From: Eledone cirrhosa
Taxonomy: Eukaryota
NCBI GenBank assembly: GCA_964016885.1
Contig: OZ024747.1
Location: 8,308,001 to 8,372,000, forward strand
Length of the DNA stretch: 64,000 nucleotides
Reading direction: 5' to 3'
This document shows positions 37,211 through 53,655 of the stretch, in pieces. The notes below the pieces were generated by a model, which made no database searches, was not told the origin of the DNA, and was given only the letters and a program-made list of their open reading frames with translations. Numbering within the stretch: the first letter of the stretch is position 1; every line of letters starts with the position of its first letter. Made by a program: the position numbers and the translations under genes.

Positions 37211-39963
37211 CACAGCTTCACCAATGAGACATTCAATCTCTCCTTCTCCACTGCTTTACTACAAACGTACCATATTTTCTTGTGTATAATGTAAGAAATT
37301 TTGAACTAAAACTTAATTTTTGGATACGAAACCACCTGAAACCAGCCCTGCTTCTATGACACAAAGTTGTCTCCCTTTTAGTATTTATATTTATCTAAAA
37401 ACCTTCCATTGTAATTTTGTGTAAGAACCTTTGTTTCAAACAGCAGCTTAACAATGAAAAAATTGGTTAAATTACTAAATCCCTGAAAATTCTTGGTTAT
37501 ATTAAATATCATTTGAAACTTATATGTAGTGTCATCAGAACTATGGTAATGAAAGGGTTGAGGGCGAAAAATCGGGGTTCGTATTAAACATGACTACATG
37601 TTTTAAAATGTTTTACTGAACTTTAAAATATTCATTTAAATGGTAAGACTATACATTAAAACAAATCCAGGTTCGTATTATGCATGAGTATGGCTGCATG
37701 GTTCCATAACTCCTCGGGGAAGTTGCAAGGGCACCGTTTTCGACATACGGCGTTTCTAGGGCATTTATCCATGCATATATCTCTCCCGCCTAACTCCCCC
37801 CCCCCCGCCTATCTATCTCTCTCTCTCTCTCTCACTCTCTCCCGCCTATCTCTCTCTTGCCCCTCTCTCTCCCACCCCTCTCTCTCTTCCATGCCCCTAT
37901 CTCTTTCTCACCCCCCTCTCTCTCGCCCTCTCCCCCTCTCTCTCCCGCACTTCTTTCTCGATCTCCCCCCCCTCTCTCTCATTGTAGTTTATTCAAATAA
38001 ATGCGAAAAAAAAAGAAAAGATTTACAATTCACTTGTCTCCCAACAATTCACCGAACACAAAGCATACAATGTACTTGACATAATAAAATCTGTCTGTTT
38101 AAGGAAAAGTGTCTTCTCACTATATCATCATTTTTGTCGTCTTTCAAAACTACTTTAAATCATATATTTCCATCATTAATGAATTGCACAACTAACACTG
38201 AACTTCTTTTATCGATTAGTGTTTGCCAATTTCTTAAGATTTCTCTAAATTCAGACGACTCGAAATGTTATCTTCACATTCTAGAGATGACCTTAAATAC
38301 AGGCGTATGAGCTGGGCATTTTTATGGTAACGACCAATACTCATGCGTCATAGCATTGTTAGATATCTTTTAAAGACAGAAAAGACAATCTATACATGTC
38401 CTCCACCCAATAATTATGTTTTTCTTCCCAAACTACCAAAACACACCTATTTATACATGCGTTACAATTTATGTACATGCTATGTTTATCACATATCGAA
38501 GTTTTCTGACCATTTTAGAATGCAAAGAGCTAAATTAATCACTACAACTAAATTGACCAAATTTGCTCCCAATTCAGAAATGTTTCCACTGCCTCTGCTA
38601 TACATGGACATCAGGTTCGGCAACTGGTGTTAAAACTGTTTACAAGAACTATCTCCATGGTGTAGGACCAGTTTTCAATAACATCGCTGGTATTCTGCTG
38701 CTTCTCCAGCAAAGCCTCCCCGTAATAATATAAATAAGAAAATAATGGTTTCTTAGATAGGCTCAAGGCCAGCAATTTTGGGGGAGGGGAAAGTCGATTA
38801 AATCGACCCCAGTGCGTGACTGGTACTTTATTTTATCGACCCCGTAAGGATGAAAGGCAAAGTTAACCTCGGCATATTATCCAAACTAATTTAGTCCAAT
38901 CTAGGATTAGACTTTAGGCTTAAGGTTAAAGTATAGGGGTTAGGTTATGGTTGATTCAGTCAGTTTCCTGTGGTTGACTGACAGCCATACAAACAGAAAA
39001 CAGATATGCTTAATTTATATTTTTTTCCGTAGAAAATATAGAAATTTGAAGTATTGCCCATAATTCTTTACCAGGGAAGGGCGCTATTCAGGAGAATTAC
39101 TTAAATTCTTCCTTTAACGACCTCAAACAAATGAAAATATTTATATTTGAGGAATCAAAGCTTCCGTTACAATTTTTGAATTGGAGAGATTTAAGTATAT
39201 ATACAGTACATGAAGTATATATACAGTACATGTGCATTATTAGTTCACACTTGTTTTTATCACCAATACGAGACAAAGAAAGACATTAAAACCATGATCA
39301 TACTAACATATTTGGAGTCAATAGAAAATCTGTGTACTAAAAACCAAAGCACAAATATATTGAAACATAATATTGGAGAGGTTTAAACCCCAAAAGCCCC
39401 TTAGTGGTGGAAGCCTTGGGAATACCAGTCAAGTGTGCCTTTAAACAGCTTGGCAATACTTTGCCAACATATCGATAGGCAAAAATATTGACAAAATAAT
39501 TGATATTTTTGCAAATAAGTAAAGCAGAAAACAATGTTTGTGTAATTTATACTAACATTATATTGTCAGTTAATAAAAATGCTGTTTGTTAGAAATTGGT
39601 ATTCGCGTTTTTATCTATGTAGAAATTTCGTAGAAATCAACTCCTCTTCCCCCGCTCCTTTACCAAAGAGCTACATACGTCCATGACCTTATGGCAAGTT
39701 CTTCCACATCATAAAAAAGCAGAGAACGATAACACTGTACACTCATGTTTCGCATGAGTTGAAAGTTACGAGGTTATATTTTCAGCAGTGGAAGAGCTTC
39801 AATGTTTTAACACGATTAAAATATTGATCTCTTTCTTTTCGTGTTCGTTGCATTTCTCCCGAACAGCAGAATTAAATGGTTCTGGATAAGATACTCGGTT
39901 CATCATCATCAGGATCAATACACGCATTATATACACACATTATACACACATACATACACACAA

Positions 39964-39996
<33 letters not shown>

Positions 39997-39998
39997 TG

Positions 39999-40030
<32 letters not shown>

Positions 40031-40079
40031 CATACACACAAATATATATATAAATATATACATACATACATACACACAA

Positions 40080-40150
<71 letters not shown>

Positions 40151-40339
40151 CACACAAATATATATATATATAAATATATACATACATACATACACACAAA
40201 TATATATATATATATACGCACACACATATTTAAGTTAGGAGAAGTTTTAATTTATTTCAAATACGTTTTTGCATTTAGTCTTAGAAATACCAATATCTCC
40301 TGTTCTGCAGCTAGGAGAGATTTGCGTGTGTGTGTGTAT

Positions 40340-40410
<71 letters not shown>

Positions 40411-40477
40411 TAGAGAGAGAGAGACGCACACATATATATAACTATATATATGTGTGTGTGTATATATATATATATGT

Positions 40478-41867
<1,390 letters not shown>

Positions 41868-42252
41868 ATTTGAAATCAACTCTTACATATCTGAAACCTC
41901 TCGTAATAATGACCAAACGTGTTATTACTGTTACCTATATGATTAAGTATCGCTGCTCGGCAATAAAACACTTGTTCTCTTCTTTCCAATGCTATATACG
42001 TTGTATGAACCAACGTTGCAGGTTAATGCTTGTTGGCAGACATATCTTAGTTGAAACTACTTCATTTCAATACACTATTTCACTATTCTGCTGATGACAT
42101 CTTTACCAGATCTAGCTGATCTTATTATTTCTTCTTTCACAGAAATTATTGGATGAGGAAGACAACTCGTGGAATGCAGTTTATTTCCTAACTTCTTTTT
42201 CTATCGAATGAATGAATGATTGTTTTATCGGCTTCATTAAACCTTGTGAAAA

Positions 42253-42297
<45 letters not shown>

Positions 42298-42298
42298 C

Positions 42299-42329
<31 letters not shown>

Positions 42330-42694
42330 TAAAATATATATATATACATAATATATATATATATCTATATATATATATATATACATTAAAAAAAAAAAAA
42401 TATATATATATATATATATACATAATATATATGTATATATATATCTATATATATATATACATAAAATCTCTCTCTATATATATATACATAAAATCTATAT
42501 ATATATATATACATATATATATATACATATATATACATATATATATACACATATATATACATATATATACAAATATATATATACATATATATACATATAT
42601 ATATACACATATATATACATATATATATACATATATACACATATATATATACATATATATACATATATATATACACATATATATACATATATAT

Positions 42695-42749
<55 letters not shown>

Positions 42750-42786
42750 CACATATATACATACATATATACATATATATATATAT

Positions 42787-42821
<35 letters not shown>

Positions 42822-43069
42822 CCCCATACACAAATGAATCTGATTCTGAAAAATTATTATCCCCTGAACTTACTGCCTCATCGTTTTATTTATTTACTGT
42901 GCATTCATATATTTTATTTTAGTTTTATTTAACCCTTTCGGTACCCTATTTCTAGTGTAAGAGACTGCCTCTAAAACTTTCAAATAATCTTGAAAGGAAG
43001 CAAGAATTTCAAAGATTCTTACATAAAATTATGATGGAAGGTGTTTATATATATGTGTATACACACACG

Positions 43070-43108
<39 letters not shown>

Positions 43109-43160
43109 TGAATAAAAAATGGCGTAGACATACAACACAACAGGAGGAACAATGAATATA

Positions 43161-43203
43161 ACACCACTGACGATGTTGCAGATGTGCAACGAAAGATTTA
43201 TGT
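43161..43203 (+). ncRNA. Degenerate hammerhead-like motif (family H5)
   Basis: CCA-CTGACGA-T-GTTGCA/GATG/TGCAAC-GAAA-GATTT-A|TG; perfect 6-bp stem II, weak stem I. Confidence 0.4.
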
Positions 43204-43529
43204 AAATTATGTAAACTATATATATATATATATATGTGTTTGTGTCTATATTGTATCTGTATTATTTTTGACCGCCGGTCAGTCAATGGCAACATTGAGG
43301 ACCGAGTAAGTTAGATCGCAGATATAATAAAAGACAGCGAGAAGCGAAAACCAACCAAACAGTGAGTGTGTTCTGTTATTAATTCTGGCAATATTACGCA
43401 AATATGACCCTCCCCAAGTATAACAATATATATATATATATACATATAGAAAAAGAGTCAGTTGAACTCGGGCAACTCCACTTGGCATTACATTGGATCC
43501 ACCGCGGGTACTTTTAAAAAAGAAGGTAT

Positions 43530-43665
43530 GTGCACAGACATTCGATGAAGAACCGTGCACTAATAGGTTCTACAACCCTCGCCAAGAAACTCTGGGAACT
43601 TAAGGACAAAAACATCGACTACAAGATCAACTGGTCGAGGTTGTCGGCCGCAAGGGCACAATGTA
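43530..43665 (+). mobile_element. Penelope-like GIY-YIG endonuclease fragment
   Basis: HRHSMKNRALIGSTTLAKKLWELKDKNIDYKINWSRLSAA resembles the PLE endonuclease pattern H..S..N....ST.LSK.IWELK....Y.I.W.IL, recalled from memory. Confidence 0.6.
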
Positions 43666-44335
43666 TCCGTAATTGTAGTCATTATGTTCTCTCTATATAT
43701 ACCTTGCTTCTTAACCTCTGTATTAACTTACCTACTATATTGCTGTTATCATTATTATTGTTGTCTTATCCATGCATGATGTGTTATTGATGCTGTGAAA
43801 GCTAAACAACCCCATGATTCGAACTAACAATCCCTTCATCTAATATAGACCACTTAAATAATGAATCAGCTTTACACTACATAAATATTACCATCCTCAC
43901 TACAATGAAAATATTTTATCTGTCAGATAATAAATAATTCTTACGGTCAGCAAACCTACAGTAAAGTAAATGGTCCATTGTTTCAAGCCCCAGATTATCT
44001 CTACACTATATATAATACAGCCCATGACAGCTTTTACATGTCAATTTCATACATATGCTTCGTATCAGCTCGTTTTACATGCTAAAGTCATCAGTATACT
44101 CTATGTCTTAATGTTGTGATTATTTTAACTATTTACGGTCTAGCTAATTTATTGTAGTATTGTTAATATTGTTAGTATTGTTATTATTGTTCTGATTTAA
44201 TGCCACTACTATGTTTCATCCTTACGGGGTCGATAAAATAAAGTACCAGTAATGCACTGGGTGATTGCTGGCCTTGTGCCTAACGTAGAAACAACTACTA
44301 TGTATGGAAGCCATGCCTGTGTATTCCCTTCATTC

Positions 44336-44459
44336 TCGCATGCTCTGATGAATTGTCTGGTTATAACAAAGTATTGGTGATCGATTGACGCAAAAACAGG
44401 CGGGTAGCGATCTCTAGACCTACCAGTTCAGAGAAACAATTGTCAGCAATGTGAATAAA
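44336..44459 (+). ncRNA. Candidate type I hammerhead ribozyme (family H3) followed by AATAAA
   Basis: TCGCATGCT-CTGATGA-(long stem II, CTGGT/ACCAG)-GAAAC-AATT-GTC|AGCAATGTGA; palindromic ACAATTGT stem III; base of stem II mismatched. Confidence 0.5.
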
Positions 44460-44520
44460 GACCTTATTGTATAGCAAACCATGTCTCTCTTCCTTCTTGA
44501 TTTATATATAAATATATATA

Positions 44521-44719
44521 TAGAAAGTGAACAACACAAAATATAACTACTCCATTACCAAATATTTCTGGACCCTAGACAATATAAATATACGTCTGGA
44601 TCGTTCATCAGATAGATAACATCTCTGTCTGATGAATGATCCAGACATATATTAATATTGTCTAGGGTCCAGAAACCTTTGGTAATGGAGTAGTTATATT
44701 TTGTGTTGTTCACTTTCTA
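44521..44719. ncRNA. 199-bp palindrome with two divergent type I hammerhead motifs (family H4)
   Basis: Plus arm CTCTGT-CTGATGA(44629)-stem II-GAAACC-TTT-GGTA|ATGGAG(44690); minus arm TCTAT-CTGATGA(44611)-...-GAAAT...GGTA|ATGGAG. Confidence 0.65.
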
Positions 44720-44785
44720 ATTAAATAGCTCTGTTCTATACATAGAGCACTCTTTTTTCCTTTGCTTTTTCTTCGGAATTACCTA

Positions 44786-44870
<85 letters not shown>

Positions 44871-46107
44871 GGAGGTTGTGACCAGCGCCCTGCAGGACTT
44901 CAAGGGCGCCTTCCAGAAGTGGTTAGAGGATCTTACTTTGAGGGAGACTAGAGTTTTGTGTTGATCTGAGTTAAATAAATGTCTCTCTGATAAAAGTCTG
45001 GAAATCTCGGGTGCGGTTTTAGGCGATTTAGTATCAAACGAGTAACTGAATACGAATTTTTACAATTTTAAGCTGGTATTTAAGGACATTGGATTGGTAG
45101 GGTCGTTCGAGTGTCGGACAAATGCTGAGCAGTTTTTGTTTCAGCTCTTTATGCTCCGAGTTTAAATCCCGCTGAGGTCAACTTTTTGTCCTTTCATCGT
45201 TCTAGAAGATCGATAAAATAGAGTATCAGTAAAGTACTGTGTCGATGTATTCCACACCCAGGAAAATGTTAGAAAGAAAGGTTCTTATATAAAATTATAA
45301 TGGAAGGTTTTTTTTAGATAAATACAGGCACTTAAATATTTCAGAAATGTTATATTCGTGATTTCATAAAAGAAAACTGAAACCTGTGCAGTGGTGAGCA
45401 AGAAATAAAATTTATAGCTGACATCCAAACAAAAGTTTGAAGATGCAAAGGTATTGAATAAATTGTTAAATTTGCTTTCTGACATTTAAACATCCTTGCT
45501 TTCTTTTTATCTACAAACATCTGTTATGAAATACTAGCTAGTTTCTTGTACAAAACAACAGCCATACTCTTGTTTTATGCGTTGACATATTAATATTCAA
45601 CATTTCAGTGTAAAAGCAGCACACGGTGGTCCTCACTTATAAAAAATATAATATCTTAATTAACTAATAAGTCAATGGTTTGTTAGAAATAGGAAAGGAA
45701 ATATCACATATATGGACATTAAATAATCTCTTTTCCACGTATCTGCAGAAATTCGACTTATTAGTTAAAGAAAATGTTTGAAATTAAATTATGTCTGATA
45801 AAGATTAAAGGAAATATGAAAGAAAGTTATTGTAACTGATTTAGTGCTGTTCATATTCATTTTATTACTGAATTAATTGGCATTGATATTTAATATGATC
45901 TCCAGAAACTGGAAATTTACATCACGTCTGCCTACAAAGATGGATCTCCAAGTCGACAACCGTAAATTGAAATCTCCAGACAGCTATTAGAACTATGTCT
46001 CGCTAGCAATACGCCACTGTTATCCAAGTGTCACATCATTAAAAACATAAACTGTCCTCTGAATCAAACTGTTGGCCACTTTAAATAGTTCTAACCCTCC
46101 ATTCAAC

Positions 46108-46442
46108 GTGAAGGCGCATGGCTTAGTGGTTAGAGCATTGGGCTTGAAATTGAGAGGTTGTGAGTTCGATTCTCGGACCGGGTGATGCGTTGTGTCCTTG
46201 AGCAAGACACTTTATTTCACGTTGCTCCAGTTTACTTAGCTGTAGAAATGAGTTGCGACGTCACTGGTGCCAAGCTGTATCGGTCATTGCCTTTCCCTTG
46301 GACAACATCGGTGGCGTGGAGAGGGGAGACTGGTATGCATGGGCGACTGCTGGTCTTCCACAAAAACAAACTGCCCAGGCTTGTACTCCGGAAGGAACCT
46401 TTCTAGGTGTAAAACTATGGTCATTCGTGACCGAGTGGGGCC
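46108..46442 (+). mobile_element. SINE with the family A head and CORE-like centre but a different tail (family A2)
   Basis: Matches family A up to TGTAGAAATGAG (46252), then unrelated. Confidence 0.75.
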
Positions 46443-47330
46443 AAAGCAAAAGGAAAATCCTCCATTCAAGTATGTATAAGTCATGCTACGTTACAACAGA
46501 TTCTCTATTACTTGTAGCAATACTACGAGTGTGAAAAGTTATTAGAAGGAAACTCCACTTATTGTGGGTGTGATTCAGTGTGTGGGTGTTATTTCGTTTT
46601 TTTCCTTCCATTTTTAATATAATTTCGTTACATGAATTATTTTTAATTTCGATTTGCATTTGTAGTGGACTGAATGTAAAATATGCCATGAGTTCTTCAT
46701 GTCTTCCAATATAAGGTTGATTAATATCACCATTCAAGATAAAGTTTTAGATGTTCTATAGAAATATATTCCTACAGCACTTCTTGAACAGGGAGGGGCA
46801 TTGTGTTCTTGAACAAAATACTTCATTTCATGGTTTTCGCCATGAAAACAGCTGAGAAACCTCCTATGAGATGAACTAAATCTTACATAAGTGTTAAGCT
46901 GTAAATGCCACAATTGATTTCTTTTCAGAATTTAGTTAACAATATGGTTAGTAATTAGAAAATGAAAGTAACATATTACATACTGCTAGGTGTTCAGTTT
47001 TTATTAGAAAAGACTTTTAGCAAAAATTTAGAAATTTCAAAATGGCCGTAGATGCGATAAAACGGTGTTCGCTCGTAACATCGTGAATTCCATCCCCGGC
47101 GGTGCATTGTGTCTTTAAGCAAGACACTCTATTTCGTGATGCTTCAGTACATTCAGATATTGTACCTATAATTCAAATGGCCGGCCATGCCACACCGAAT
47201 CTTCCTGGTAACTACACTAAGAGTATATATGTCTGTGGAATACTTAGCCAATTATACTATAATACATGAACTGTATAATTCGAATGATCTGTCCTGTCAC
47301 ACTGAGTCTACACGAGAATTACTATGTTAA

Positions 47331-47537
47331 CCTTTAGCATTTGCCTTACTCTATATATACTGTTATATTTTCCCAATAAAGGCTTTATCTCACATAGCAT
47401 CGAATCTATGAAATTTTGATATTATTTATTTTGAGAACAATACCATAACATAGGTATGAGCAGCCAGTTATGGCCAGTTTTAACAGAAAGAGGTGAGAGA
47501 ATTCTGGCCGGATATGGCCGGTTTAAATGCTAAAGGG
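47331..47537. mobile_element. piggyBac-like MITE family P2 inserted in a family C repeat
   Basis: TTAA|CCTTTAGCATTT ... AAATGCTAAAGGG|TTAA; other family C copies carry a single TTAA at this site. Confidence 0.8.
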
Positions 47538-48060
47538 TTAAGGGCACACGTTTTAGTGAAATGCTCAACGATTTGCCCGTTAATTTCATGCGCAGACGTT
47601 TCCGTTAATCGAACAATTGGTCCACTCGTCATTATGACCAACACACACGGTATTAAAACTGCTTATAGCTCCGGTCTATTCGAAGTGAAAATTAAGTAAA
47701 TAGATTTTTACACACTTAAGTCTATACTTGAACCAAGAATGAAAACTGGCTCATTCAATATGTACAGAGAATATTTAAACATATATTTAAAAGAAAAAGA
47801 CAAGATGCTTATATACTAACTAAAATCTCTGAAATTCTAGAAATCAATATCTATCTTTCACATACTTGTTTCTTCCTCGAGTATATCGATAGTCGAATAA
47901 ACCTGTTGCAAATCTAAATTATCTTCTATAATATTAGTTTGGACGAATAGAGTAATGTGAGTGAGAAAATAAAATCTGGAAAAGTATTTATCGCATAACA
48001 TTTTCAAATGATGTAATTTTCCACCATACAAAGAGCAATGCAAGTTATATAAAACATTAA

Positions 48061-48095
<35 letters not shown>

Positions 48096-48362
48096 ATAAA
48101 AAAAAAAAGTCATTCGTTTCTTTCCGCGTCGCTTGGAATAAAGTAAAATGAAATGTAAGCTTGGCACGATTCTGTCATTTGGGAGATATGAATTCGAAAA
48201 AAAATTGTACAAGACTGCTTACTGTGCGCGTGTATACATATATACAAATGTCTTTGTACTAACACATAGCTAAAGGTTAATGTGTGGCGAGTGTGAGTAC
48301 GTGAAGCTAAGTGTTTATTAATACGTATATGTATATAGACTAGCACTGAACGACAACGTATT

Positions 48363-48590
48363 GCTGAAGATATTATTAAAGAAAAGGAAATTAGCTGGAA
48401 ACGTTGTGTTGGTATTTTTACTGGCAGTATAAGATTAATGGCACACCTTGAAGTCATGGCACGGAGCAGCAAAGTAGTTTTTGATATTACCTGATCGAAT
48501 TGTATTATTCACAGGCAGACACACGCCTTCTGAAACATGTCCGCACTAAAAGCGCTGTTCGATATGCCAGTAACGACATTATATCTTTTA
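48363..48590 (+). pseudogene. hAT (Charlie/Buster-like) transposase relic
   Basis: Hand translation EKEISWKRCVGIFTGSIRLMA...DIT*SNCIIHRQTHAF*NMSALKALFD resembles W..CVG.CTDGA..M...HCIIHR.AL; two stops. Confidence 0.65.
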
Positions 48591-49023
48591 TTCTATTTTG
48601 TCAGCTTTATATTATAACTTTACTACTACTAGGTTAGATAGGAGAAGGCTACTTTTACCGATGTTCACAGAATGGCTTTTCTAGAGTAACATGACCGAAC
48701 TTGTTATTTAATTTGGACTTATTTAATTATTTTGTCATTTTTCAGAATATATAGCAGCAATCGTTGTAGTCATGTGGTTTGGTTCAAAGATATATAAATA
48801 TATAGATATATATAAATACATATGTATATATATAGATATACATATATATATATAGAGAGATATACAAATATATATATATATATACATATACACATATATA
48901 TATATACATATATATATATATACATATATATAAATATATACATATATATATATATACATATATATATAAATATATACATATATATATAAATATATACATA
49001 TATATATAAATATATACATATAC

Positions 49024-49102
<79 letters not shown>

Positions 49103-49156
49103 AATATATACATATATATATAAATATATACATATACATAAATATATACATATACA

Positions 49157-49236
<80 letters not shown>

Positions 49237-49289
49237 AATATATACATATATATATAAATATATACATATACATAAATATATACATATAC

Positions 49290-49712
<423 letters not shown>

Positions 49713-51468
49713 CCTATAGAGGAAACTATAGAGGTATAAAGTTGATGGACCAGGTCATGAAAGTAACAGAAAGAGTTATAGCACAGCTGATTAGGGACCG
49801 GGTGAATATAGACGAGATGCAATTTGGGTTTGTACCAGGGAAAGGCACCACTGATGCGCTCTTCCTTGTGAGGCAATTACAGGAAAAGTACCTAGCTAAA
49901 AGTAAGCCACTCTACTTGGCATTTGTCGACCTTGAGAAAGCCTTTGACAGAGTTCCACGTGCAGTAATCTGGTGGGCTCTTAGAAAACTAGGAGTAGATG
50001 AATGGCTTGTGAAAGCGGTACAAGCCATGTATAGGGGAGCAGTCAGCAAAGTTAGGATTGGCAATGAGTATAGCGAGGAATTTAGCGTACAGGTTGGGGT
50101 CCACCAGGGCTCTGTTCTTAGCCCTCTCCTGTTCATCATAGTCCTGCAGGCAATAACGGAGGAGTTTAAGACCGGATGCCCATGGGAACTCCTGTATGCT
50201 GATGACCTCGCACTCATAGCTGAATCTATGGTAGAACTAGAGAATAAATTCCAAACCTGGAAGCAGGGACTAGAGAGAAAGGGCCTCAAAGTCAACATGA
50301 CAAAGACTAAGGTCCTTATAAGTAGACGAGAAAACAGAACCCAGATCCCCTCAGGGAAATGGCCTTGCTCAGTATGTAGGAAAGGTGTAGGTAGGAACTC
50401 CATTCTTTGCCCCAAATGCAAACAATGGGTACACAAGAGATGTAGCGGGATCTCAGGAAGCTTAATTAAGAATGTAGGATTCACATGCAGCAGCTGTGCT
50501 GAAACAGCAAGCAAACAGCCACAGGAAACAAGTACCACCAATCTCTGGGAGGGCCCTGTAGAAACAGTAGACAGCTTCTGCTACCTAGGTGACCGAATTA
50601 GCAACGGAGGTGGGTGCTCAGAAAGTACAATAACTAGGGTAAGAACGGGATGGAAGAAGTTTAGGGAACTACTACCACTGCTAGCTGCAAAAGGCTTCTC
50701 CCTCAGAATGAAAGGCAGACTGTATGATGCGTGTATCCGAACAGCGATGTTGCATGGTAGTGAGACCTGGGCGCTGAAGGTGGAAGACTTACGTAGATTA
50801 GAGAGAAACGAAGCCTGCATGCTCCGATGGATGTGTAACAGTAATATACGTGAACGACAAAGCATAAATGAATTGAGAGAGAGACTGAGCATAAGAGGAA
50901 TCAAATGCTGCGTGCAGGAGAGGCGGTTACGCTGGTATGGACATGTGATGCGTATGAAGGATGACAGCTGCATAAAAAGGTGCAGAGCACTAGAAGTTGA
51001 TGGAAACCGCGGAGTGGGGAGACCCAAGATGACTTGGGATGAGGTGATAAAAGCCGACCTTACCCAACTACACCTCTCAAAGTCAATGACACACGACCGT
51101 GACTTCTGGCGTCACGCAGTAATACAGGGTACCCGACCTCCCATGGGTACATGCTGAAGCATATAAACAATATGCCCCCCCCCCACCCCACCCCACCGCA
51201 AGGTGGTCGTGGAGGTGCCACGGCAAAAAAGCACCCAGCCCACACTGTAAAGTGGACGTGTAGGCGCCACGAAAAAGCACCCAGCACTCACTGTAAATGA
51301 GGTTGGTGTTAGGAAGGGCATCCAGCTGTAGAAATCAAGCCAGATCAGTTCCTGTATGAGCAAGGCATGGTCAGCCGACCAGACACTGCCCACAACAGGA
51401 CAACCCGTCTAACCCATGCTAGCGTGGAAGAACGGACGTAAAACGGTGATGATGATGATGATGATGAT
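49713..51468 (+). mobile_element. 5'-truncated young RTE-clade LINE: RT domain, PHD-like finger, C-terminal domain, 3' UTR, (GAT)n tail
   Basis: Uninterrupted frame of about 480 codons to TGA 51157: [64 protein letters not shown]; inserted in (TA)n. Confidence 0.95.
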
Positions 51469-51469
51469 A

Positions 51470-51711
<242 letters not shown>

Positions 51712-51724
51712 CATATATATATAC

Positions 51725-52490
<766 letters not shown>

Positions 52491-52531
52491 ATAATATATT
52501 ATATATGTATTTATATATGTATATATACATA

Positions 52532-52576
<45 letters not shown>

Positions 52577-53012
52577 ATATATAATATATACACACACATA
52601 TATATATATATATATACATATATATGTATATATACATATATAAATACATATATAATATATATAAATACATACATATATAAATACATATATATATATATAA
52701 ATATATATATATAAATATATATATATTAAATACATATATACACACACACATATATATATATATATATACACACATATATATATATATACATATATATATA
52801 AATACACATACAGATGTTTATTTATATATATATATATACTGTATATATATAATTTGCTAAGTAGTCCAGTGTAGGTTTGTTCGATTCCCATTAATACTTT
52901 CTTTTCTCCATCAATATAAACTTCAGTCAAATAGAATTTAAAAAAAAGATTAACACTACCAATATAGGCAATTATTTATGTTCCAAACTAGATTTATAAT
53001 GTGAAAGTTATG

Positions 53013-53252
53013 CAGAGAAACCTCGGTTCACGAATTAATTTGTCATCCGAAATTTTCATAAACCGAAACTATTTTTCCCATACTAAATGTTGAGAGAGAA
53101 ATACAGTGAGAGAGAGAGAGAGACTCTATGTGTGAAAGATATCATGATAACTAACTACACAACAATTGGCGCTGTCCCACCAATACTCCCAGCTTATTGC
53201 CGGCTTGTATGTTCGTTACTCGAGACTCCATTTGTGAACCGAGGTTCCACTG
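53013..53252. mobile_element. Tigger/pogo-like MITE
   Basis: TIRs CAGAGAAACCTCGGTTCACGAA / TTTGTGAACCGAGGTTCCACTG. Confidence 0.7.
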
Positions 53253-53471
53253 TTTTACTAAATCACTCTAACTGTTTGATTATTTTCCATGCCTTAAATT
53301 AGAAACGTGGTAACGAAAAGGTTAAACTAGGAACTAAACTTGGAATTAAAGATTTGATATTTCAGTAGTATTCTTTAACATTATTGCTGGTGTCAGATGG
53401 ACAAGTTTATATCTAACAACCGTTCCCAACCTTCCCAATACTAAGCGTTTCGTTTCATGTCTTATCAATTA

Positions 53472-53655
53472 TAATTGTTTCTACTTTTGGCACAAGGCCA
53501 GCAATTACCCAGTGCATTACTGGTACTTTATTTTATCGACCCCGTAAGGATGAAAGGCAAAGTCAACCTTGGCGGGATTTGAACTCAGATCGTAAAAGGA
53601 CTTAACTATGCTGGAAAGCATGGTGTCCGACCCTCTACCGATACTGCCAATCCCA
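53472..53655 (-). mobile_element. SINE family B
   Basis: Matches consensus. Confidence 0.85.

Noticed and set aside
49912-51027. Antisense ORFs of 209 and 148 aa
   Set aside because: Shadows of the RTE reading frame
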